From: Octopus bimaculoides
Taxonomy: Eukaryota
Reading direction: 5' to 3'
Length of the DNA: 36,356 nucleotides
NCBI RefSeq assembly: GCF_001194135.2
Contig: NC_068982.1
Coordinates: 94,034,668-94,071,023 of the forward strand
How positions within the stretch are numbered: position 1 is the first letter of the stretch; each line of letters opens with the position of its first letter. This document shows, one piece after another, positions 12,424 to 25,397 of this stretch. A model generated the notes under the pieces. The model did no database searches, had not been told where the DNA came from, and saw only the letters and a list, made by a program, of their open reading frames with translations. A program made the position numbers and the translations under genes.

Positions 12424-12462
<39 letters not shown>
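12374..12462. repeat. (CT)n microsatellite
   Basis: Directly visible. Confidence 0.95.
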
Positions 12463-12467
<5 letters not shown>

Positions 12468-12869
12468 TTCTTCTTTACTATCACGTACATGGAGTCATCA
12501 GAAAATCTATAGTTTATTACTTAAAAATAAGAATATCTCACTGCTAACACAAAAAGCAAGACACACTATTTAATTGTAAACCTTTAGTATACTTGGTAGT
12601 ATATTATGGTTGCAAAACGAAATACTGTGTCCTTGCTAATAATTAATACTAAAATACCAACTGCCAGGAATGTGTTTAATGTGTAAAATGGCTTTCCCTT
12701 TTGTGTTACACAGCTAAACTTAGTGGGTATTTAAACGATGCGCTCATGGATAGTAGATGTAGTGCAGATGAAAGAGCAATAACTCTTGAAATATGCATAG
12801 ATATCTATTAACTATTTTTTCTATCTTAGATCGCATTGAACACATAGACGTATTCGTATACGAAACGTT

Positions 12870-13330
12870 GTAATGCACGGTCTTATGTCATTGCACGTCA
12901 TGGGTTGGATTTTGTAACAGTAAAGGCACTTCTGTTTTTAAAATGTGTAGTGAACACAACCAGTTTATAACCAACACAAACGTTCGCTTTCAATGAAAAC
13001 CAAACTAAATTCGTTGCATCCTCGCCCCAAAAACTGGTACCTCCGGGCTACATAATTGTGAGAAGGTGTGTTTTCAGTGATGATTAATATGACCTATGTA
13101 TGGTACTCAGTGCTGAACTGATCATAGTCTCATTGTTAGTAAATTTGAAATTCAGAAGCAGGAGACACCCACTAAGTCAAGAGTTGAGGATTTCAGATCA
13201 TATGCATTTCAAAAAGCCTTTTCTGAAACGTCTCTGAAAAGTTAAACTTAAACAAAACATCCTTCGAATCTGATAACATAGAGAGCTGTTGGGATTCCAC
13301 TGCAGCTGACATACTTGACCTTTCAAGTAA
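12870..13330 (+). mobile_element. Old RTE LINE relic (endonuclease C-terminus and linker)
   Basis: Frameshifted plus-strand motifs RHG.GFCNSKG, CSEHNQFITNT, HPRPKNWYL-DYIIVRR (from 13017), TDHSLIVSKFEI, DNIESCWD. Confidence 0.65.
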
Positions 13331-13419
13331 ACACCACCAAGTTTGGATTTTGAAAGTAACAAAGAAACCCAAAGGTATTGAAAAAATCTCTACATGTGCA
13401 GCTCACAGCAATCTCTCTT

Positions 13420-14110
13420 TCTCCACACTCATCTTTATTATCTGTACGTTGAATCATCAAAAGCAAAATTTCCTCCAATCTCTTCAACACGGTAACTATT
13501 TCTGACGATGCCTCACCGTCATCTTCAAACATTGCTCTCTATAGCTAACTCATAATCTCATGACTAGCTTTAATCTCCCTTGCTCTTCGTTGTTACTAAT
13601 TTCTATCTCGCTACACAGTCTCTTTCTCTCTACTGTATGTTCAGAAGTGTAAGCCTATCTTTGTATTAAGTATGTCCCCTATACAAAAATAGAAGGTCCT
13701 CTAACTCAGAACACTACCAATCCAGAACACGCCTTCTTTCCATCATCACTTCAAATTTTTTTCATTTTCAGTGGTAGCCAGTGCAGCTTCAGCAGAGCCA
13801 GCTTTATCGGGGATTTATTCTTGCACTTCATTAGTCGTACCCCTTCTCCTCAGAAATTCAGTAAAAGCAATCTTGTTGAACTTGGCATTAGCAATGCCTT
13901 TGCCTGTATGTAGCTTAGGAATCTCCTGTCTCAATTGTCTGTGTATGTTCTAAATATCTTAATGCTTGGCTCGAAAGCTTCTTGTTGGACTTCACCATTG
14001 CAGCATATACCAGTATATGATGCACATAAATACAGACCTTATAAACAATGGCGCACGCTAACGTTCGATAATATCTCCACCACTCATGTGTGGATCTGAT
14101 TGCGTCCACT
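13420..14110 (-). mobile_element. Highly degenerate L2-like LINE C-terminal relic
   Basis: VYK...HILVYAAMV...LEHTQ and SPIKLALLKLHWLPLK (cf. L2 HITP.L..LHWLPV). Confidence 0.4.
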
Positions 14111-15089
14111 TCGAACAATATACTTCTATGCAGATATATTTCACTTCATGTTAATTTTCTCTAAAACTTACATGCATAATTCATATGCAACCCAAATTTC
14201 TTACATCAAACTTATACTCTATCCATGAGCAAAAACCCTTAAAAACATCTTTCAATGAAAACAATACATCCTTGTCTCTTATCTCTCTTTCTTTTTCCTT
14301 ACCGTTGCCTTTTATTTTTCATTATCATCTTCTCTTGCTTTTTATCTCTTTGCTTCTTTTTCATCTTATCTCTTGTAAGATGATCAGCTGCCATTATAAA
14401 TAACATTTAATAGTAGTAGCGCAATCAGATGATTGAATATGAACGAATAACAACAAAATACACAAAAGGGAAGGAAAGGGATCTTTCTACACATAAATCA
14501 ACAATACACAGCTGCGCATATATGGGCTCATACACTTATAAACACACAGTTGCACACACAAACGTAAGCACGCAGAAACGAATTCAGAACGAAACGCGCA
14601 CTCTCATACCTATATGTAAATACACTGAAACAAAAGTAGATGCAAGCACATACTCACAATTAAATATAAAACAAATACAGAGGCAAACACAAACATAAAC
14701 AGAACTACACGAATAAACCCAGAATCACAACCATAAATACACTAACAACTCTGTTATCAGCAGTAATATATCACAACACATTTGAAGGAAGCCATCTTGT
14801 ACTTCCCTTCTCTATTCACAAGCAACACACAACTAATAACCTTCAACGGCAATGCAAATGTAAGGCCTTGCAATCACTGGTTATTTCTTGTGGTGACCAC
14901 CCCTACCTATATTGCGATTTGAACACTATAGCTCAAATAAGAAACCAGGATCAGTTGATAACTCTTTACAAAATTTAGTAAAACCTTCCTTAGAATATCA
15001 CTCACCTCTGAGACGGCGCCGTAACTACACGTTGAATATCCTATATAACATCCAAAAGAAAGTAATTTAACTAATCCAAAATATATAAT

Positions 15090-15420
15090 AACCAACTCAA
15101 ACTCACCGATATGCTGTATCTTCTTTAGTTTGTCTTCACTACGAAGGTTCGTACTCCTTTAAGGTAACTATGTACTGAAGGCTATTCGTCCATCTTGTTA
15201 CTCTTAATTCTTTTCTGTGTCTTACATGTCCGACTCTACACTGAATGCGTTGCTCAATGTTTCAACCACAGAAGTGCACCTCTGCATATTTCCCTTCATT
15301 TACATTTTGTCTAGAGGCATTCAATTTTCTGATGGTCAAGCCAAGTTATTAACCACATCTTTCTTACCACCAGGAAGAGATAAAATAGATCGTCAGAGTT
15401 GTTTCATCATCTCTATCATA
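15090..15420 (-). mobile_element. Possible RTE-like C-terminal relic
   Basis: LLYDRD (cf. LLYGSE) and VGHVRHRKELRVTRWT (cf. AGHV.R...RWT); many stops. Confidence 0.3.
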
Positions 15421-15444
15421 TAACAGCAAACACTCGTATAAATA

Positions 15445-15950
15445 AAAAGTTCACTCCATAAGTCTTGAAACTGTTTCGGGGAGACATTTATTAATTTCAA
15501 AAAGTACAAATCATTAATATCATTCAAAGTAGATCCTTTAACTTCAATGCACACTCAGTAATCGCTTTATGAAGGCTTCATGGAAGTCCTCCAAAGCGAA
15601 AGTGTTCAGAATCTTTGTTACAGCTTTCTTTTCAAAACGACTGCCCCTGAGGTTGGGGAACAATCAAAATCACAGGTAGCAAGGTCTGGACTGTAGGGAG
15701 GATGTTAGACAATGTTGATGGCCATCCCTGTCGAGTAGTTGGTTTCCAGGATGGAATTGTAGACTGGTGCATTGTCCTGGTGCAGGCACCACCGACCCAA
15801 CTGGAAGCGCTCTGGCCTTTTACGCAGAAATAGCTTCTTGAATATCCTTGAATATCCTCAAGAAAAAAAAAACTGTTGTGGATATCCCCAAGAAAAAAAC
15901 TGTTGTGGAAGGATTCCGACCACCCTCAAGTGACTAAAAGTGGACTGACT
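15445..15950 (-). mobile_element. Mariner (DD34D-type) transposase 3' fragment
   Basis: RKRPERFQLGRWCLHQDNAPVYNS (HQDNA at 15768-15782), then *HPPYSPDLATCDF (from 15704), LFPNLRGSRFE, and a terminal YFE*; stops and frameshifts present. Confidence 0.85.
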
Positions 15951-15974
15951 CATTGTTATAAATTAAAGAACTGT

Positions 15975-17505
15975 GAATGATTGGCGATAATCTCCGTCTT
16001 ATACGCTATACCTTAGAAAGAGTAAATAGGATTCCTGGCAAGAGTGGGGCGTTGGTCCATTTAGACCAATTCAAAGCCTTTCATAGGGTAAACCATCGGT
16101 ATTTGGCAGCAGTCCTCGAGGCGGCCGGTTTTGGCCCGACATTCAGCGGCTGGATCAACACTTTACATAGCAACATCAAGTCGATAGTTCGGGTGAACCG
16201 TTTCTTTTTGGAGCCGTTCAGTATCGAAAGCTCGGTTCGTCAAGGTTGTGCACTTTCACCCCTGCTGTATTTATTGGCTCTCGAGCCACTACTGCGAAGA
16301 TTAGAATCGACGAGTAGTGACCAGCAAGATCTGGGGTATGGAAAGTCAGTCACAGCGTCTGCGGACGATGTCACTGTCATCGTATCCAAGGACCAGGACC
16401 TACAAAGGGTAGGTGAGGCCCTAAAGGATTACGAAGAGGTGGCAGGAACAAGAATTAGCCGAGATAAGTCGGTCCGCTTGCAGCAAGTCGATGCAGTCCA
16501 ACAGCGTCGTCGGACAAGATATTTCGTTGACAAGATATTTCCCAGGTTCACCTCTTTTGGTGAACTGGAATGCTGGATCAGGTGTAGACCAAGGCTGAGA
16601 TCTTGGCAAGCAGAGTGTCGACAGGCGCTCGTGCTTCTCTCCCGAACGAGCAATGCCGGCGGAGGGGATACCACCTCGGCGTAGTATAGAAGCCTGGTAG
16701 AGTGCAAGTGTGATGACGGCCTGGGGGAGACTCTGGCCTTCGATGAAAGTCAGTTTGCCAACCTGCATCGAAAGTATTTTGACCCGGAACCTATGGATAA
16801 CTTCCAGAGGTCCCTGGATTGGCTGTGCTTCCGAAGTGCCTTGCCAGTTCGGGATAAACTCGCGAGGCACGGCGTCACGGTTTTGCCTACGTGCCCACGT
16901 TGCGAGCAGAGCAACGAAACTGTTTTGAATGCAATCGTACAGTGCCCGAGTCTCTCGGACCTGTGGGTTTCTACCGAACGGGTACTATCACAGTGAGTAC
17001 AGCTTTCAGCCGAATCGATTATTAAGATAGTTCCGCCGTCTCCTTTAAAAGGAGAAGAGAAATTCTGATTTCTCACCGTAATAGCTATAGCGAAAGAGGT
17101 GATATGGAAGACATGTGGAAGAGGTATCGCATCAGGAACCTTCGTCTCCAGGCATGATTTGGTTAAACTTTTTTTTATATCACCTTAGAGGGAAAGCATG
17201 TCTGGAGAAGAAATGCCTGACATCAAAAAAGTACGGAAAAAAGATGGAAGAAAGTAGCCCGAATGTTGGGTATATAAGTGCCTAATTAAGCGGAGTAAAA
17301 AAACAAAAACAAAGACGAAGTAAACTGTTCAACGCAGAAATGTGGTTGGTGGGGTCAAACCCATTCCGCGTCCATTCATTTTCTTCTCATTTTCACCCGA
17401 AATTATAATGTATTCATTCATATATGTAGTGTCATTCGATAAGTCCCCGACCCCAATTGTCCTGTGTATTGTCCCCTCTTTGTTTAACCCTTGTGGTTTC
17501 AATAA
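15975..17505 (+). mobile_element. Tx1/L1-clade LINE, 5'-truncated and internally deleted
   Basis: ORF 15977-16684: IGDNLRLIR, LDQFKAFHRVNH, VRQGCALSPLLYLLALEPLL, SADDVTV. ORF 16793-16996: SALPVRDKL...CPRCEQSNETVLNAIVQCP (zf-RVT-like). 3' UTR ends at an AATAAA near 17500-17505. Confidence 0.88.
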
Positions 17506-18007
17506 AATCATCGTGTTGGTAGCCTTTGATATAGAGCAGTGAGTCTCGTGTAGCTTCTTTATATGATATATCCAATACAAGAATATAAAAAAAGGCGCAA
17601 TGAAAAATCGGCTTAAAAGTTATGAGAATTTAGAATTAGTGAAGATTTGATTACACTTTAGACATATTCCATACGGACCATTAGGACACTCAGCACTCAA
17701 TAACTAACAAAGAAAGTGCGCCTCAAATAATAGGTCATGTAACACAAAAGGAGCCCGTGACAAATAAATAAATAAACGAATGTATAAATATAGAAAGGAG
17801 ACGGCTAAACCACAAGATACGAAAGGTCAAATCGAATTCAACAAAATATTCACTGTTCGAGCGCTCTACCGAGTCCAATATACATTATTTCTCTACATAA
17901 TATTAATAACAATGGTTTATAACCATTCCAAAAAAGACACAACTTATAGTGATGTAATGAGGTAGAGTGATATTACAAGATAAATTGGCTTGTTTCCTAG
18001 TACATCG

Positions 18008-18062
18008 GTGGTATTTAATTTACCAACTCAGAGGGATAAAAGGCAAAGTTAGCCAAGGATTT
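18008..18062 (-). mobile_element. SINE relic (Meta-domain-like central segment)
   Basis: GGTATTTAATTTACCAACTCAGAGGGATAAAAGGCAAAGT resembles the reverse complement of the recalled SINE segment GACTTTGCCTTTCATCCTTTCGGGGTCGATAAATTAAGTACC. Confidence 0.45.
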
Positions 18063-18173
18063 AAATAATTAAATCGATGTACAAGGCATCAAATAATTAA
18101 ATCGATGTACAAGGCATCAAATAATTAAATCGATGTACAAGGCATCAAATAATTAAATCGATGTACAAGGCAT
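18063..18173. repeat. 28-bp minisatellite x4 (AAATAATTAAATCGATGTACAAGGCATC)
   Basis: Units at 18063, 18091, 18119 and 18147; identical except the last base. Confidence 0.97.
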
Positions 18174-19799
18174 TTAATCTACATTTTCCTACTTATATAT
18201 TTATTCGGTTTATACAACCAGAAATACAGTAAATTATTGTTGATTAGTTCTTCGAGTAATGTGAGAAACAAACAAATATTATGTTGAAGCGGCTATTTAA
18301 TATTGACTCTCTATTCATCAATTATGAGAACAGCATATACACTTTCGAAAAGAATGGAAATAAGTTGCCTGATCCCAGCGCCTAAGCCATGTAACACATT
18401 AATGATAATTAAACTACAATATTATATAATTGATGCGAATATCAATTCCTCTGGTGTTATTGTGCATGGCCTAATAAGTTTAGTGAGAGAAATGGCAATC
18501 TGTAAGAACAAAAACAAGAAATAAGACTACTCTGGAAATTGTATTGCCAGTTCATTTCACTACACTTATACGTTTATAGCTGAGATGCCTGACTTCAGAT
18601 GCAATACTTTGATCACAGCTACAAGAAAAACAGCAAGGCGTAACAGGATACTGAGGTCTTATAGCATGCAATTTTACAGCACTATCTGCATACAGTAGGT
18701 TTCCTGAAATAATATGACTACCAGTCAAATTACAGAGTTTTTAGTGCATCTTTAAAGTTTACAAGTAAGACCAACAGAAATGTATTGAAGGCATTTCATT
18801 CCAGCATGTTACGTGAATCTATTATATTGACATAGAAGAGATAGGAAATTTGTACTCGAAAGTAATTTATAATAGTTCGACACTAAATTTGTCAATCTAC
18901 CTTTCCGTACGTAGTCCTTAAGGTATCTAAACTGAAGCAGTAGCATTTGATCAAGAGAGAAACGAAACTGTAATAGATATAACTCGTTTTTATAAGACTT
19001 ATTGTTGATGTTATTATTGTTGTTGTTTAGTCCTAGCTTATCCTTAATTAAGCAGCAACTCGTCACAGTCTCGTTTTTTTTCTTTCTTCAGATAAAGTGT
19101 ACGTAAGAGCTCATAATTCAATATTTCCTTGCATTTTATGGCAGCATGGAATAATTTGAGGGAGATTTGACTGCTATTTCTACCAGATCGAGCATCTGCT
19201 TCTTTACTTTTTATTCGTTATTTATTTGGATTGAACGAAGAGCCTGTGCTCATGTCCTTTGTAGGTTACCCAAGACCGGTGAGATTCTGGAAGAATATCA
19301 GATTGACAACTGCTGGGAAAACGTGAGCTGTGTGAGGAGGTTAATTGTTTGCTAAGATTTCACATAAGTTGGTGGATGCATTTTACGACATTTTACAACG
19401 TGTAGTTGTTAACTTGATATTTGTTCATTTGAATATATTTTGCCATCATAACCAAAGCCATTACATCTGAATCGAAATGATATCTAAGTTTTTAATTATT
19501 CACCTTTTTAAAAAGTAGCAAGTCTAATTACTACACACTTTTTTATGGTGTAAATATTTGACAGAAGAGGCTGCCATATTTTTTGCTTTCTCAATTTCAA
19601 CATCAACTGGTAATTTGAGTAATCTGCATTTTAACTTGAACATTTCTTAAATGATTTTTTCAGCAACGTAAAGGGATCTTAATTTTAATTAACGAAATGT
19701 AAGGTTTGGATATGGCTTTTCATTTTCGGTGATTACACACTATAAATGAAACCACATCAATATGATTCAGCCATTTTATTGATACGAAACGACACATAA

Positions 19800-22650
19800 T
19801 CCAGCAATTATCACATGAACAAGCCACTCTGCTCAGTTTGTAAGGCGTCAGTGACTGAAACAACGTTTTCGAAAATAATATTAATTGTCCCTTTAAGGCT
19901 CAAGTGCGATTTATAACTCAAGTACATTGCATGATGGTGAGTCCGATAATCTGCAGAACTGTAAGTGCATTAGCGAATACTAGGGTAATTCATCTGGGTG
20001 AAGCTCATTCTTCTCTAATTTACACCTAAAGAAACAATCGCAATTTTTAAGGCCACTCTGCTGCTTATTGGCTGACATATTGACAGCTACGTGAAAATGC
20101 TCTTGATAACTAGCTATATTGACCAGATATGCAACATTTTCCCGGTGAGCAGATATAAGCCATCATCTCAACTATCTATTGAGTTTAACATCTTATTTGG
20201 TCTTGCTGATGGAATAAGTCTAACAATTTAAGTGACTGCATTCTTTTTTATAAAAAATGCAATTGCGTCTCGTTAAAAAGCAATTAACTGAGAGTAATAA
20301 TATTAATATATCGTTATTTACATATCTCAGGAATCCTTTCTGAGGCTATTCTTGTCAACTTATATATTACTGAATTATATTCCTAAATATAAATGTAGAA
20401 TCCTATATCTCTACTAAGCTCTGAGAAACTTCTTAATACCTGTATTTAGATCCGGTTGATTCTCGTGATGGAGATGAATGACACATTTTTGACGGGATAT
20501 CTCTCCTCTGTTGGAAGTAACATCTGGTAAAATCGCAAATTGCATTCCCAGACTCCTAACCGCTGTGTTTTGAATAAGTTCTGAAGGGGATATTAAATCT
20601 AAGAAATACAACAAAATGCCTATAAACAGTCCATCAAATACCTTATCTACTCATCCATCGCGTCTGTACACTTCTATATATAGAGTTCTAACCGGATGAC
20701 ATGTTGCAGTGAGTTAAGGTATTGTTGTTTAACATAAGGATGCAGTATCATGTATTTATCTACACAGAAACAAATTCTAACCCGTTGAACATCAAAGATG
20801 GTGCTTTAATGTTATTTACTGGTATTCTTAGTTTACTTTAAACAATTTCAACTGTCGATAACTGTGAATTTTCAATAAATCAACCTTGATCTGTGCAGAG
20901 ACTGATGTTCGTACTATTTTAGTCTCACAGTCATATAAAAAATATTTTGTTTCTTTAGTTATCATGAGCTTTAGAAATCTAAATTTGAAACATTCGTTTA
21001 GCAATAGGCAATGCCACTCTTTTCTGGAAACTGAAAAACCAACAAATCTGAACATTTGTATTATTAAAACTTGAAATACTATTTACATATTTAAGTACAA
21101 AATCGCAAATGAATAGGGGGAGGAGATTGTGTAACGATCATACATTTTAAAAACATAATTATGGCATTGATGAAGCACAACGTCCGAGAATTTTAAGAAA
21201 GTCATCTACGGGCATTTCTTCCTGTCACTAAGAAATTTTCAACCAGCTCGATGAAATTCACAATGACTGGTAGCAGTATTGCATTATTTCATGAAATGAA
21301 GAGGAAACTGATGTAGTGTTCATGTTTCTCATAAACGCTTTAAAAGTGTAACTGAAATGAAAATGTTTCAAATGTAAATTGAAACTTTCAGCAGGTCAGT
21401 GATATAGGTTATTTAGTAATTTTTATATTTCCTAAAGGCATTATAGGTGTTACAGAAGCGAACTGCAGATACTGTGATTCGCAATCGAAATGCTGTTATG
21501 CTACTCTTATGAAAAAAGAAAATGATTAATTATCGATTCACCCTAAGATAATGCCCGCTTCAGCATCATCATTTGGTCCTAAGTTGTAATTATAGTTATA
21601 GAGTTCTAAACTTTACATGTCAGTCATAGCTTGCTTTTTATTATTGCTGTACATGTGCAGAAGTCAAATGTCATTTCCGTCCATTGGTATTCTTGACTTG
21701 CGCCCATTAATTGTTGTTCAAGGCATCCATTTGTGCAAACCTCACATGATTAATCCATTTTCCGTTTCAGAAAATTACAATTTTATTTCTTTCATTAATA
21801 TTTCTTTCCATTATTAATTTTGCTTTCTTTTCAATTCACAATCTTCCATTTCAGTTTTGTTTTCATGTTTACAATCACAGCACATTTTCAGTTACTAAAG
21901 CCTTTCTAATAATAAACTTTCCATTTCAGGTCTATTTTCAATATTCGTCTCCTTTTGCTTTTCAATTTCATTACTTTCTCTCCTTAAATAAATGATTTCA
22001 TTACATATATGATTAAATGGTTAGCAATTAGACCATAGGTTCTTGTAAATTTACTCGCAGCATTTCATTCTTTACTGTAAATGCTTTCACCACAATTTCA
22101 TAGCTTCTGCATAACGATTGTCATCGTGCTTTCCATATGCCATTTCGCCTTTTGTTTCGATACATTCAATTACCTCAAAATTCTGCCTCATTAACTTCTT
22201 ACAAATTCCTCATCGGTCATGCTTATTGATCTTAGCCCTCTGCCACAAGCAATAGATTTCGCTATTTCAGCGCAACAATTCATCACTTAACCCACAATAA
22301 TCACTCAACATGCTTATTATTAACAGTTAAGTCCCTCTCAGATCACATTTTGTCGTCTCATCTTGCTGACAATCACAACCGTCCTCACCGCAGTCCATTT
22401 TGCAGTGGCCTTAAACTACTCACTTTGCATGTTAGAAGTTGCAGCTATGTCCTTCTGAAATTACATTTTACACTATATCATGCTATGACTGAATATTATC
22501 AACCTTGGACAGCAAACATGTCAGCAAAAACACGATTATTTCTCAAGACACCTTACTATTTGAAGCTGTCGTTGCCACGATTGTTTTGTCGTTTGTCATC
22601 CCAGCGCGAGAACTACCACCAAAGGGGTTTCAGTTCTGACAATCTAGTCT
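19800..22650 (-). mobile_element. Ancient, heavily decayed LINE (CR1/L2-group-like ORF2)
   Basis: Collinear degenerate motifs DFLKILGRC (DFxKAFD), FPEKSGI (F...GV), YFLYDCETKIV...YRQLKLFKVN (LLYADD...W.L.VN), LMFNGLEFV/VDKY, ELIQNTAVRSLG...RGEI (IQN.A.R.LG...G[DE]). Boundaries approximate. Confidence 0.45.
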
Positions 22651-22829
22651 TTTGATATACAGATGACAGTTTAATCAATGTACATGCGCAGAGGCAGACT
22701 GACAAACAGACAGGCAGCTTGATAAGTTAGATAGGTAGAGAGATAAAGAGAGAGACAACTGTGAGAAATAGTAAGTTTCCGTGTGTACGTATACGTACAT
22801 AAGCATGTATACACACGTGCGAGCACATA

Positions 22830-22830
<1 letters not shown>

Positions 22831-22882
<52 letters not shown>
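22831..22882. repeat. (CA)n microsatellite
   Basis: Directly visible. Confidence 0.95.
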
Positions 22883-22885
<3 letters not shown>

Positions 22886-23429
22886 GAATAGAAAATGGAG
22901 ATATACAATTGTCAATTCAAAAATTAAAATTTATTAACATAACATTATATTATAATAATACAATACATATTAAATACAAATTACATACAATTGTTTCAAT
23001 TCTTACTCATATTAAAGTTATAAAAATCCATTGTTTGCGGGTAAGACTCTTCTCAGTGAAATTTTCGATATATAAGGATTCACAGCTCCAAGGAAAGACT
23101 GAATTTAAATATATTTATGTTTTCGAGCGTGAGCGTCAATAATTAAAAACAAAATCAAGGATAAAAAATAAAACATGGAAAATAAACTAATATAATGGTC
23201 ATGAAATATATATGTATATACTATTAAGTATTTTAATCTAAATACATCCTAGTGCATTAGTTTTTCTAAAATATCAGGAAAAATATTTTTAAAATGTTTC
23301 AAAATAGATATTTAAAAAAAACCCATGGCCAAATAAGAAATATCCCTTTCATTTTTCATATTATTAAAAGAATACATGTTATTATGATAAAAATAAGCTA
23401 TTTCCCGTTTAGTATGAGTAATGTTTCAT

Positions 23430-23700
23430 TTACGAGGACGTACTCTTGTATTTGTCTAAGTGATCGGCCTGAGGGTGTTTGGATAAAATGCGGATGTCAA
23501 TTCGGCCCAGTGTACCACCATGTTGGTCTTTGTCATGTTGATTTGATAGAGTATGTACGATTGTTTCTCGTCATTATACTCTTTCCAATGCGTGTCTGTC
23601 CTCTCCACTATACTCCTAGAGGTCTTCGCAATGTATGATGTGTTTCTGTCCTTACAAAGTCTTACCATGCACCTTATGTTGTAGACTAAGTTTCTAGTTT
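23430..23700 (-). mobile_element. GIY-YIG endonuclease fragment of a Penelope-like element
   Basis: LVYNIRCMVRLCKDRNTSYIAKTSRSIVERTDTHWKEY...SYIL (cf. VVY.I.C..C....YIGET.R....R..EH); includes ORF 23456-23668. Confidence 0.7.
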
Positions 23701-23941
23701 TACAGTTAATACTGGGGTTAAACTTACATACTACACAGTTCTCATTAGTGCATGTGGTATTTTCGAAGTGGGTACGTCCTACATAACTGTGATCAGCAAA
23801 CCAGATACAAAAGCGAAGTCACTTAAGTCAACATTTGAGATAAAACTAACAGGTATTAACATATGCTACTAATTTTAGTTTTGCCTCTTCTTTCATAAAT
23901 AAGTGTATCTTGAGGTATTCTGTACCTTATCTTGAGTTTAT

Positions 23942-24006
23942 GAGTTCAAATCCCACGATGTTGTTATCGTCTTTCATACTTTCGGATTCAATAAAATTAG
24001 TACCAG
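23942..24006 (+). mobile_element. SINE relic (B box plus Meta-domain-like segment)
   Basis: GAGTTCAAATCCC followed by GTCTTTCATACTTTCGGATTCAATAAAATTAGTACCAG; a weaker minus-strand copy lies at about 24270-24349. Confidence 0.5.
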
Positions 24007-25397
24007 CGTTAATTATAATGGTTCCACATAATAACTTCAAAAGGTGTCTGAAAACGTGAGCTGCAAATAATACAAAATTTCTAGTAAGTCCTTATTAATA
24101 ATGAATATGAAAGCTTAATGATAATTAAGAAATATCAAGTATACTGGTACCTCATTTATATAAGGTCCAATACCTAATCATTTCTATCATCCTTTTGCTT
24201 TACTCCTTTAGAAAATTAATTTTAACATTAACACAAGGTCATAAATTCATAGGGCAGCGGTTATAGTCGACTTAATTAATCTTTCGGGTTTAACTAGTAC
24301 TCAAACTGGAATAAAGGATAAAACTGGACCTGGTTTAATTTGAACTTAGTTCATAAACTGATTCAGTAAAGTACCTAAACATACTTTATCCCCTATATAC
24401 GTTTTTAGAGCTATATATTAAATACTACATTGCTAAGATGAAATAATGTTTTCTATTGTTTTAGGTGGTTAAAATTAATGTTATCTTTCAAACAAATTAT
24501 TTCTACTAATAACTATAAGTAGGTGCATGAGTTACAGAAACGGTAAAGTATCTCTAAATACTTTACAGCATATTTAGTTGAAGTAGTGATCAAGATTAAA
24601 AATGCTTTGATCAATCCGGGGCCAATAGAATAAATATCTATAATACACTGATATCAATTCCCAAATTTTCCTTTGCAAAATTTCACCTTTGCTTTCTTCA
24701 AAGAAATCGATATTTTCTATCTAGTGAGTGCTGCAGTGTAAGCTATAAGTGCTTGTTTAGCTCATGCCACAGGCTCATTTCCATTATTCTTGACCGCAAG
24801 TTCGCTTAATAATATCGGATTCTATCTTTCATAATGATACAAGCGTCGCAATGTCGTATTTCACACTTTTCTTAAAGTATCAAATATTTTCCTATTATTA
24901 AATAAAAATCAATCAATTTCAAGTTAGTTAAAAAGAATGAATGGCAAACCTGCTGGAATTATTGCAATCAATTTTGCCCTGTATTACGGGAACGTCTTAT
25001 AGAAATTAATATTTTCATATATTTATCTGGTTTCTTGAAAGTTGAACCCAAAATTCGATGTTTAAATCCAACAAGTATCATTTATTTTCCTGATAATCCA
25101 TAAACGCATAAACCTCATAATTGTTTATCTGACTGATATATAATATATATATATATATATATANNNNNNNNNNNNNNNNNNNNNNNNNNNNNNNNNNNNN
25201 NNNNNNNNNNNNNNNNNNNNNNNNNNNNNNNNNNNNNNNNNNNNNNNNNNNNNNNNNNNNNNNNNNNNNNNNNNNNNNNNNNNNNNNNNNNNNNNNNNNN
25301 NNNNNNNNNNNNNNNNNNNNNNNNNNNNNNNNNNNNNNNNNNNNNNNNNNNNNNNNNNNNNNNNNNNNNNNNNNNNNNNNNNNNNNNNNNNNNNNNN

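Noticed and set aside
18063-18173. CRISPR-like repeat array
   Set aside because: Units are contiguous with no spacers, and the context is eukaryotic.
18560-18830. Possible RTE remnant (NVLKAFHSSMLR)
   Set aside because: A single weak motif; could be chance.
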